A stretch of DNA of 32,000 bases from Trichlorobacter lovleyi SZ. Its GTDB lineage: Bacteria; Desulfobacterota; Desulfuromonadia; Geobacterales; Pseudopelobacteraceae. The DNA is taken from assembly GCF_000020385.1 (NCBI RefSeq), contig NC_010814.1:600001-632000 (forward strand), given 5' to 3'. The notes beneath the pieces are model-generated. The model was given only the letters and a program-made list of their open reading frames with translations. It ran no database searches and was not told the DNA's origin. A program made the translations under genes and the position numbers. Below are positions 1 to 7,309 of this stretch, one piece after another; position 1 is the stretch's first letter, and the number at the start of each line of letters is the position of its first letter.

Positions 1-82
1 CCACCGGGGCGAGGATCTTGACGCCTTTCTTGACGCTGTCAGGCAGGGTAGTACCTGGGCGGAAGGGGAGCATGGCGGGCCG

Positions 83-1801
83 TTGACCATGGCCCACAGC
101 CTCTATGGTGTGGCCCACAGCTTCTACCGCGAACGCTTCGGTGAGCGCAGGCGGAGCGCCACTCCATTTGTCAGCGCCCTGCTGGACCGTTTTTTCAATC
201 TGGGCACGGACAAAGGCTCCTTTGTGGAAAAGATCAGGCTGTTCGTACTGAAAAACCTGCCGGAAAAACGTTCGAGCAGAGAACTTGGCTTTGAGGAGCT
301 GCTGGACAGCGAGGCCCGGCAACTGCTTAATGATGCCCCCTTTCTGGAAGGGCTGAAAGGGGCCGACCTGAACCGGAAGATCTTCATGGTCACCAGCCGG
401 TTGGCAAACCGGATTCTGTATCAGTACACCAACCGCTTCATGTCACTTTCGATGCAGGCAGGTTTTTTCGATTATCTCAACACGGCAGGCACCATCGGCC
501 TGGTGCATCTGCTGATCTCTCCCTACTACCTGGCCTTTCACCACCAGCATAAAGGCAAGGAACTGATTCGCGAGATAGCGGAGCGGCTGCCGGAGATCCC
601 GTTTTCGCCTGCAGAGGAGAAGATCGCCCTGTTTACCGACACCCTGGATGAGATCAACGGCGTGGCCATGACGATCCGGCGTCTGATCAGGACCGCCCAG
701 GAACGGGGCATCAGCCTGACCGTGATCACCTCTGGCGATGACAGTCAGGCCGCACCCGCAGGGGTGAAACAGTTCCAGGCGGTGGGCGACTTTGTGCTGC
801 CGGAATATCCTGAACTGAAACTGAGTTTTCCGCCTATTCTGGATGTGCTGAACTACATCGAGAAGGAAGGGATTACCCGCATCCATATCAGCACCCCCGG
901 CACGGTCGGTCTGCTGGGGCTGCTGATAGCCCGGCTGATGAACATTCCGGTGGCCGGTACCTACCACACCGACATCCCGCAGTATGTCCGCAGCCTTACC
1001 AATGATGAATTTCTGGAGCAGGCGGCCTGGAGCTATATGATCTGGTTCTACAACCAGATGGAAGAGGTGCTGGTTCCTTCCAGCGGTACGCGGGAACAGT
1101 TGCTCTCCCACGGTCTGCCGCCGGAGAAGATGAAGCCGCTGCCGCGCTGGGTCGATACGGAACAGTTTTCGCCTGACAAACGGGTTGAGCGTTTCTGGCT
1201 TGAGCGTGGCCTCAGCGGCAGGATCACCCTGCTCTATGTGGGGCGGGTCTCACGGGAAAAGGGGCTGGATCTGCTGGTTGAGAGCTTTTGCAGGCTGATT
1301 GATGAAGGTGCGGAGCTCTGTCTGTCAGTGGTTGGCGACGGCCCCTACCGCGGGGAGATGGAGCAGGCCCTTGCCGGGTATCCGGTGTTGTTTACCGGCT
1401 ACCTGCAGGGTGAAGAGCTGCAGCAGGCCTATGCCTCGGCAGACCTGTTTGTTTTCCCCAGCGCCACCGATACCTTCGGCAACGTGGTGCTGGAGGCCCA
1501 GGCATCAGGGCTGCCGGTGATCGTATCTGATGCCGGGGGGCCCTGTGAATTGATGATTGGCGGCGAGACCGGCATGGTGTTCAGCGCCGGTAGCCAGGAT
1601 GAACTGACCGGCGCGATCCGCAGTATGACCGCCAATCGCCTGATGCTTTCCCTGATGGGAGAGAGCGCCCGGAGCTTTGCGCTGGCAAAGGCGCCACACG
1701 CATCAGATACCTACAGTACCATCCTGCAGCCCGGCCCCAGGCCGGATGCCGGTTATTCCACGTTTGGGGAGAGCCCATGTCTGCAGTCCTGTTCCTGCTG
1801 A
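83..1801 (+). CDS. GT-B fold family-4-type glycosyltransferase with a ~190-aa N-terminal extension
   Basis: 572-aa ORF. The C-terminal half carries GRVSREKG and FVFPSATDTFGNVVLEAQASGLPVIVSD (E-x7-E type motif of retaining GT4/GT1 enzymes). The N-terminal part has a hydrophobic segment, GTIGLVHLLISPYYLAF. Start is TTG 83 or ATG 89. TTG 83-85 overlaps the TGA (84-86) of a frame that is open from the window edge. Confidence 0.8.
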   Translation: MTMAHSLYGVAHSFYRERFGERRRSATPFVSALLDRFFNLGTDKGSFVEKIRLFVLKNLPEKRSSRELGFEELLDSEARQLLNDAPFLEGLKGADLNRKIFMVTSRLANRILYQYTNRFMSLSMQAGFFDYLNTAGTIGLVHLLISPYYLAFHHQHKGKELIREIAERLPEIPFSPAEEKIALFTDTLDEINGVAMTIRRLIRTAQERGISLTVITSGDDSQAAPAGVKQFQAVGDFVLPEYPELKLSFPPILDVLNYIEKEGITRIHISTPGTVGLLGLLIARLMNIPVAGTYHTDIPQYVRSLTNDEFLEQAAWSYMIWFYNQMEEVLVPSSGTREQLLSHGLPPEKMKPLPRWVDTEQFSPDKRVERFWLERGLSGRITLLYVGRVSREKGLDLLVESFCRLIDEGAELCLSVVGDGPYRGEMEQALAGYPVLFTGYLQGEELQQAYASADLFVFPSATDTFGNVVLEAQASGLPVIVSDAGGPCELMIGGETGMVFSAGSQDELTGAIRSMTANRLMLSLMGESARSFALAKAPHASDTYSTILQPGPRPDAGYSTFGESPCLQSCSC

Positions 1802-2829
1802 TCGCAACATTCCTGCTTGCTGCCTACCTCTGGTGGGGCTTCCGCTTTTTACCGGCTGAACGCTGGCAGATCTTTGCAACCGTGCCGGGGCGTAAAAACG
1901 GGCCGGGAAGCTGGCAGGGAATCAACTTTACCTGGTACGGTCTTTTGACCGCCAACGCCTATCTGGTGGCGGTTGCCGTGCTGCTGGTGCTGCTGGGGTC
2001 GGTTGGGGTGCCGCCGCTGGGTACGGCCCTGCTGGCTGCAGCCCTGCTCTGCTGCTGCGTACCGGCCTCACGGCTGGTGGCGCGGATTGTGGAGAAAAAG
2101 GCCCACACCTTTACGGTTGGCGGTGCGGTCTTTGTGGGAATCATCATCACCCCGTTTCTGATCAGCCTGCTGAACCGGCTGGTTGGTCCGCAACTGGGCT
2201 TCCAGATCCCGGTCATGGCGGCCTATGCTGCCATTGCGATCGCCTATGCCTTTGGCGAAGGGCTGGGGCGGCTGGCCTGCATCAGCTTCGGCTGCTGCTA
2301 CGGCAAGCCGGTTCCACAGGATAGTGGATTGCTGAACCGGCTTTTCAACGGTCGCGGATTTGTCTTTCAGGGCAGCACCAAGAAGGTTGCCTATGCAGGG
2401 GATATGGAGGGGGTTGAGGTCATTCCGGTCCAGGCCATAACAGCCGTGCTCTATACCGTTTGCGGCCTGCTGGCAACAGCACTGTTTCTTGGGGCTCACA
2501 ATGCTGCTGCCTTCCTGTTGGCAACCACGGTTACCCAGGGCTGGCGTTCCTTTTCCGAGACCATGCGGGCCGACTACCGTGGAGCAGGCAGGATCTCTGC
2601 CTATCAGGTCATGGGGCTGGTGGGTCTGCTGTACGCCTTTGCCATGGTCTGGCTGCTGGGCGGGGAAGTAAGCGCGCCTGCTCAACTCGCTGCAGGGCTT
2701 ACCAGTATCTGGAGTCCGGCCCTGATCCTGTTTCTGCAGGGGATCTGGTGTGTCATATTTTTTTACACCGGACGTAGTACCGTTACCGGGGCAACGCTCA
2801 GCTTTCATCTCCACCATGACCGGATCTGA
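1777..2829 (+). CDS. Polytopic membrane protein, prolipoprotein diacylglyceryl transferase (Lgt)-family-like
   Basis: 350-aa ORF that is hydrophobic throughout. The segment GEGLGRLACISFGCCYGKP resembles the GR-x-G...GCCYG core of Lgt-family proteins. ATG 1777 overlaps the upstream glycosyltransferase gene by 25 nt. Confidence 0.55.
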   Translation: MSAVLFLLIATFLLAAYLWWGFRFLPAERWQIFATVPGRKNGPGSWQGINFTWYGLLTANAYLVAVAVLLVLLGSVGVPPLGTALLAAALLCCCVPASRLVARIVEKKAHTFTVGGAVFVGIIITPFLISLLNRLVGPQLGFQIPVMAAYAAIAIAYAFGEGLGRLACISFGCCYGKPVPQDSGLLNRLFNGRGFVFQGSTKKVAYAGDMEGVEVIPVQAITAVLYTVCGLLATALFLGAHNAAAFLLATTVTQGWRSFSETMRADYRGAGRISAYQVMGLVGLLYAFAMVWLLGGEVSAPAQLAAGLTSIWSPALILFLQGIWCVIFFYTGRSTVTGATLSFHLHHDRI

Positions 2830-2835
2830 TGATTC

Positions 2836-3795
2836 ATGCCAACCACGACACGCCACCCCAACCAGCTTGATACAGAAGAAGCGCTGGCATTATTGAAACA
2901 ACTGGTCCTGCTGGATGGGCCGGGTTCAGCCAACCTGTCGCGCCTGCAGGTGATGCAACTGCTCTGTGCCCGTAAACGTGCCCTTGCTGCTGCTGATCAC
3001 TCCTTTGATACGCTGCTGTTTGAACTGGGCAAGCAGCTGGATGAACAGATCCGGGATGGCGCCCCTCTGGCAATCAAAAAACGCTTTACCCTGCTGACCG
3101 ACTACTTTCACAAGCTGGAACTGGCCAGCGGCCACCTGAACCACCTGGCCTTCATGGGCAGTTACCAGCTGGATGTCGAGCTGCTGGTGGAACTGAAGCA
3201 CGACATGGAGTGGTTTGAGGAGATCGAGGCCGGTCTGTTCAGCCGTCTGATGGTGGATGATCTGCTCAAGAGCCAGCTGCTGGACAGCTTCGGCCGCCGC
3301 CGGGTCAAGCTGCTGGTGGATGGCCTGGCGCAGATTCAGACCGTCAGGACCCAGAAAAACGACATGAAATTCTTTGATCTGCAGGCGGTGCAGGGGATTA
3401 TCAGCCGTCTACAGCAGCTGGAAAAGGAAGAGCGGCTCTTCATGCTGCTGGCGGAGATCGTGGCGGAACAATCCAGGCTGAATCAGGCCGCCATGAGCAC
3501 CCCCCAGGGGCGGGAGGTGATCCGGCGGGTTACCACCATTGAACTGCGCCAGCGCCACGGGGTGGAGGGTGATATACCGGATGAGCTGTTTCAGAAGGCC
3601 TTTGAACTGGTCAAACTGGAGGCGATCTATTCCAATGCCATCCTGCCGCAGGTGGTACGGGGCAATAGCGCCCTGCGGCAGGATTTCATCAAAAAATCAG
3701 GGCTGGATCTGTTCTACATTGAAGATTTAGAAGATCAGTACTGCAGGCGTAACGGCATTGATCCTGCGTTGATACGGGAGCTGCGGGAACAATAG
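2836..3795 (+). CDS. Hypothetical protein, predicted all-alpha (Leu/Glu/Gln-rich), no recognisable motif
   Basis: 319-aa ORF beginning 6 nt after the upstream stop. Composition matches the neighbouring genes. I recognise no family. Confidence 0.6.
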   Translation: MPTTTRHPNQLDTEEALALLKQLVLLDGPGSANLSRLQVMQLLCARKRALAAADHSFDTLLFELGKQLDEQIRDGAPLAIKKRFTLLTDYFHKLELASGHLNHLAFMGSYQLDVELLVELKHDMEWFEEIEAGLFSRLMVDDLLKSQLLDSFGRRRVKLLVDGLAQIQTVRTQKNDMKFFDLQAVQGIISRLQQLEKEERLFMLLAEIVAEQSRLNQAAMSTPQGREVIRRVTTIELRQRHGVEGDIPDELFQKAFELVKLEAIYSNAILPQVVRGNSALRQDFIKKSGLDLFYIEDLEDQYCRRNGIDPALIRELREQ

Positions 3796-3859
3796 TCGCG
3801 CTGTGTACGGCAAACAGCCATGATGATTTGTTGTTGTAATGCCCCCTAAAAAATAATAC

Positions 3860-3888
3860 TTGCCCATGCTTCCGTACGACGGTAGTAT
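3860..3888 (+). promoter_or_regulatory. Sigma70-type promoter candidate for higBA
   Basis: TTGCCC (3860-3865), a 17-nt spacer, then TAGTAT (3883-3888). The higB ATG at 3894 lies only 6 nt past the -10 hexamer and has no Shine-Dalgarno. Confidence 0.45.
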
Positions 3889-3893
3889 GGGCT

Positions 3894-4175
3894 ATGATTG
3901 TTTCATTTCATGACAGTGAAACCAGTAAAGTCTGGGAAGGTCAGTTCTCCCGCAAGCTGCCCCATGATATTCAGCAGGTGGCACGGCGTAAGTTGAGGAT
4001 GCTTAACAACGCTGGTCGGGTGGATGATCTACGCATCCCTCCGCAAAACAGGCTTGAGAAGCTTTCTGGTGATCGTGAAGGACAGTGGAGTATTCGGATC
4101 AACGACCAATGGCGAGTCTGCTTCCTCTGGAATGAAGGAACGGCATCGCGTGTTGAGATATGTGATTATCACTGA
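3894..4175 (+). CDS. higB: HigB-type (RelE/ParE superfamily) toxin, plasmid-maintenance killer family
   Basis: 93 aa. MIVSFHD...LRIPPQNRLEKLSGDREGQWSIRINDQWRVCFLWNEG...VEICDYH matches the HigB-like toxin pattern, including the terminal DYH. The toxin-first gene order is typical of higBA. Confidence 0.85.
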   Translation: MIVSFHDSETSKVWEGQFSRKLPHDIQQVARRKLRMLNNAGRVDDLRIPPQNRLEKLSGDREGQWSIRINDQWRVCFLWNEGTASRVEICDYH

Positions 4176-4179
4176 GGTG

Positions 4180-4482
4180 ATGGATATGGCACAACTAGCA
4201 AACGTACATCCTGGGGAAGTCTTGAAAGAGGAATTTCTGGTACCTATGGGGATCAGCCAGTACCGGCTTGCCAAAGAGATCGGGGTGACGGAATCCAGAA
4301 TATCGGCCATTTGCCAAGGCAAACGGGCAGTCGGGGCGGATACTGCTGCCCGTCTTGCCCGTTTCTTTGGAACCACTGCCGCCTTCTGGCTTGGCCTTCA
4401 GGCTGATTATGATACAGAAGAGGTGGAGCGCAACCTGTCTGCCGAACTTGAAAAGATTCATCCCTGGAAGATGGCGGCGTAA
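4180..4482 (+). CDS. higA: HigA-type antitoxin, XRE-family HTH
   Basis: MDMAQLANVHPGEVLKEEFLVPMGISQYRLAKEIGVTESRISAICQGKRAVGADTAARLARFFGTTAAFWLGLQADYD is the classic HigA antidote pattern. ATG 4180 (or 4186) lies 5 nt after the higB stop. The longer 4024 start lies inside higB. Confidence 0.85.
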   Translation: MDMAQLANVHPGEVLKEEFLVPMGISQYRLAKEIGVTESRISAICQGKRAVGADTAARLARFFGTTAAFWLGLQADYDTEEVERNLSAELEKIHPWKMAA

Positions 4483-4811
4483 GGCTGGTACCTGCTTTTG
4501 TGCGTGACCAGCCCGACGGTCTTTTTCGTTGCCCCCGCGTTCAGACGAAAGTAGGGACACACCATTATAATAAATCTGTCATCTTTTCTTCGTGAGCAGC
4601 ACCCTTCCTCTGCCTGATCTGGTAGCACTTCCCTCTTGCGATACTCAACATCTAAGCCCAGTTTTGCCATTGCGGCAGGCTTCTCAAATTTTCTCCCTTC
4701 CTTTCTTGAAATTGCCGAAAAGGGTGGTATTCAAGTATTCGCATAGTGCGAATAAGAACATGCTCTTTCCTCAACCCGGTAGTTGTGGTTGTGACACACT
4801 TGTTAAAATAA

Positions 4812-4835
4812 CAGAAAGTCAAGCCTGACCCCATG
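4812..4835. repeat. Left 24-bp inverted repeat
   Basis: CAGAAAGTCAAGCCTGACCCCATG. Its last 3 nt are the ATG of the truncated transposase ORF. Confidence 0.9.
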
Positions 4836-5387
4836 AGCTACAGTGGTTATACCGACTACGACTGGTATCAGGCCCTGATGGACAGCAGCATCTTCTTTGT
4901 AGCCCGGCTCAAGGACAATGCCTTGGTTGAGTACTTCAAGAAACGTCCGGGCCGCAGGTCACAGGGAGTGCTCACTGATCAGGAAATCAGCCTGAACGGG
5001 ATCAAGGGCAGCCTCCGCCTGGTTCATTTTGTTGCTGAAGATGGAAACGAGTACCGCTTCGTCACCAACGCAAACCACATTCCTGCTGCACTGGTGGCCG
5101 AATTGTACAAGGAACGCTGGCAGATTGAGCTGTTCTTCAAGTGGATCAAGCAGAACCTGAAGATCAAGGCGTTTTACGGCACCTCGGAGAATGCAGTGCT
5201 GACGCAGATCTGGATAGCACTCTGCGTGTACCTGGTACTGGCCTGGCTGAAGTTCATGTCAAAGATCACCATTACGATGCAGCAGATGTTACGGTTATTA
5301 CAGCTCAATCTGTTCGAACGAAGAGACCTGGAAAGCTTATTCAAACCAACGAAAGCATTGCCAAATCCTCAACTGGCGTTGCTTTGA
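4833..5387 (+). pseudogene. IS4-family DDE transposase, C-terminal ~184 aa only (5'-truncated)
   Basis: Contains YKERWQIELFFKWIK, an exact Y-x2-R-x3-E-x6-K (YREK) signature of IS4-family DDE_Tnp_1 transposases. The N-terminal half with the first two catalytic Asp residues is absent. Similarity begins near SGYTDYDW, directly after the left inverted repeat. Confidence 0.8.
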
Positions 5388-5403
5388 AAACTATGGGACA
5401 GCA

Positions 5404-5760
5404 GTGGGACAGCAGTGTCGATGGATATATCTTTTAGCAGCAGTCCCATTCTTTTTGTTTGCGCTGACTGGAATTGCATATGGTGCTTTTCTTTTATACT
5501 TCCTGCCAGCTCTGCTTTGTGTGGTCCAGTTTATACGTCCGACAATTTTTCTTTGGGCAACAATTCTTGGAATGTTTACCTGTGGTTCAGTTGCCTACCT
5601 GTTTGAAACGGGAAAAGACCTTTTAGGAATAATAGCTGGAGAAAGAGATAAAATTTTTCTAAACGCTGCAGACTCGTCTGTATTTACTCTACTACTTGTA
5701 GTTTTAATTTCAATTTCAGTAGCACTAATTCGGTGGAAGCCGGAACTCAGAATAAAGTAA
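5404..5760 (+). CDS. Small hypothetical membrane protein (about 4 hydrophobic helices)
   Basis: 118-aa ORF with a GTG start in clearly AT-richer DNA. Hydrophobic segments are LLAAVPFFLFALTGIAYGAFLLYFLPALLCVV, IFLWATILGMFTCGSVAYLF and VFTLLLVVLISISVALI. No SD-like sequence or family was recognised. Confidence 0.35.
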   Translation: MGQQCRWIYLLAAVPFFLFALTGIAYGAFLLYFLPALLCVVQFIRPTIFLWATILGMFTCGSVAYLFETGKDLLGIIAGERDKIFLNAADSSVFTLLLVVLISISVALIRWKPELRIK

Positions 5761-5787
5761 AAGTCAAAAGCGATATAACTAGAAAGA

Positions 5788-5815
5788 AACACCTGCCCAA
5801 AACCCGGCAGGTGTT
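5788..5815. terminator. Possible bidirectional intrinsic terminator
   Basis: Perfect 10-bp stem AACACCTGCC / GGCAGGTGTT with an 8-nt loop. It is followed by TTCTTTCT on the minus strand (downstream of the FRG gene) and by a weaker TCTTCCTCT on the plus strand. Confidence 0.5.
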
Positions 5816-5842
5816 CTTCCTCTACGTTGGATCAAGAGGAGT

Positions 5843-5866
5843 GCATGGGGTCAGGCTTGATTTTCT
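5843..5866. repeat. Right 24-bp inverted repeat
   Basis: CATGGGGTCAGGCTTGATTTTCTG, the reverse complement of the left copy with one mismatch (4818/5860). Confidence 0.9.
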
Positions 5867-5955
5867 GCTTTTCAAAACTGATCACCAGGGAATAGAAACC
5901 AGAGATACTTCCCGTATTAAAAGGTTAGCTGCCTCTCAAGCTACAATCCCCACCC

Positions 5956-6741
5956 TCAGCGAGGACTGTAGTGTCGTTTCAGCCAGCGGCTTAAACCATC
6001 CAGGCCGGGAAACAGCACCCGTTCGGTGATGTTGGCCTGGTCAAGTTTGTCGCGGATCTCCCATTTTAAGGCAGCCGGTATGATGATCTTGCGGCCGGTT
6101 TCAGGATGGTTGGCCAGCCAGCTGTCCAGCGCCATGCCGGGGGAGGTCATGACCGAGCAGAAGGCAAACTGGTTGACGATCCGGTCATCAATGGAGGGCG
6201 GCTCGAAAAACAGGGCAACGTCATCCCGGGCAATGCCATCCAGCTCGGACAATGAGCTGATCACTTCCGTCAACATCTCTACGGTCAGTACATTCGCGCC
6301 TTCCTGCTCAAGTTTGTGACGCAATACGTCAGGTAATAACTGGTGGGCCTTGACGTAATTCACGGCCCAGACCACCCCGTCTATATCGCTCTTCTCAATG
6401 TTGGCCGTGGCAAAGTGCATGGCGATAAAGGGAGAGTAGGTCCAGTCCAGCAGACGGGTCGGCAGGCCGTAGTGCTGGGCCACCGAGAGCCAGTGCCAGA
6501 TCGAGTCCCGCTCCACCACCCGCTGATGGGCGTATTTCTTGAAGTTGCGCAACAGGTGGTGTTCCAGCTCGGCATAGGGGCCGCCCAGCCGCATCAGGGT
6601 GGTCTCAAGGCGGTAGCTGACATCGGACAGCCCCCTGAAGGCGAAACGTGAGCGGTAGCGCCCCAGATCCTCGTTCCACGAATCGGCAAACAGGGCCTGC
6701 TGCAGTTCATCCCAGGAGTGGACGGTGATGGTTGCGAGCAT
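5956..6741 (-). CDS. FRG-domain protein (uncharacterised family)
   Basis: 261 aa with RFAFRGLSD (the eponymous FRG motif), AQHYGLPTRLLDWTYSPFIAMHFA and DDRIVNQFAF blocks typical of the FRG domain. The start lies 4 nt after the mgsA stop. Confidence 0.75.
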   Translation of the reverse strand: MLATITVHSWDELQQALFADSWNEDLGRYRSRFAFRGLSDVSYRLETTLMRLGGPYAELEHHLLRNFKKYAHQRVVERDSIWHWLSVAQHYGLPTRLLDWTYSPFIAMHFATANIEKSDIDGVVWAVNYVKAHQLLPDVLRHKLEQEGANVLTVEMLTEVISSLSELDGIARDDVALFFEPPSIDDRIVNQFAFCSVMTSPGMALDSWLANHPETGRKIIIPAALKWEIRDKLDQANITERVLFPGLDGLSRWLKRHYSPR

Positions 6742-6745
6742 GGCG

Positions 6746-7213
6746 TCAGGCCTTGTTCTTCAGACGTTGCTTGTACTCCTCATAGTCCTGCATCAGACGT
6801 TCATAGGGGTCGTGCATCAGTGAGGAGGAGATCAGGAAGTCGGCGGTGGAGCGGTTGCAGGCCACCGGAATATTCCAGACCACCGCTATCCGCAGCAGCG
6901 CCTTGACGTCCGGGTCGTGGGGCTGCGGCTCCAGCGGGTCCCAGAAGAAGATCACGAAGTCGATCTCCCCCTGGGATATCATGGCGCCGATCTGCTGGTC
7001 ACCCCCCAGCGGCCCGCTCTGCAGCCGGGTTACCTGCAGGTCAAGCGATTCCGCCAGCAGCGCCCCGGTGGTGCCGGTGGCGTACAGGTCATGTTCCACC
7101 AGGATGGCGCGGTTGTAACGGGCCCATTCGATCAGATCCCGTTTTTTGTTGTCATGGGCCACCAGGGCGATCCGTTTGCGTGACCCCATCTCGATGATGT
7201 TGTAAGAAGGCAT
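6746..7213 (-). CDS. mgsA: Methylglyoxal synthase
   Basis: KRIALVAHDNKKRDL...LYATGTTGALL...SGPLGGDQQIGAMISQGEIDFVIFFWDPLEPQPHDPDVKALLRIAVVWNIPVACNRSTADF is near-colinear with E. coli MgsA. ATG 7213 is preceded by GGAAAGGAAAA. The 7282 start would add 23 non-conserved residues. Confidence 0.9.
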   Translation of the reverse strand: MPSYNIIEMGSRKRIALVAHDNKKRDLIEWARYNRAILVEHDLYATGTTGALLAESLDLQVTRLQSGPLGGDQQIGAMISQGEIDFVIFFWDPLEPQPHDPDVKALLRIAVVWNIPVACNRSTADFLISSSLMHDPYERLMQDYEEYKQRLKNKA

Positions 7214-7309
7214 GCTGTTTTCCTTTCCGGGCACAGGGGCTCTCGGTGCTGTCGCGGTAGCTCCGTTGCGGTAACAGTACACCTTTTCGCTGACCGGTTC
7301 CAGTGGCAG

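Larger units (their letters stand above)
4812..5866. mobile_element. Inverted-repeat-bounded 1,055-bp segment holding a decayed IS4-family transposase gene and a small AT-rich ORF
   Basis: 4812-4835 (CAGAAAGTCAAGCCTGACCCCATG) equals the reverse complement of 5843-5866 at 23 of 24 positions. The interior holds the transposase fragment and ORF 5404-5760. No flanking direct duplication was found. Confidence 0.45.

Noticed and set aside
1-86. An open frame from the window edge to TGA 84-86 (…TGARILTPFLTLSGRVVPGRKGSMAGR*), overlapping the TTG start of the glycosyltransferase.
   Set aside because: It is probably the 3' end of an upstream gene, but 28 codons give no basis for any call.
4592-4828. 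A 78-aa plus-strand ORF and overlapping minus-strand ORFs (4458-4670, 4652-4834) in the gap after higA.
   Set aside because: They have no SD or motifs and show Pro/Leu/Ser-rich odd composition. They most likely lie in non-coding remnant DNA.
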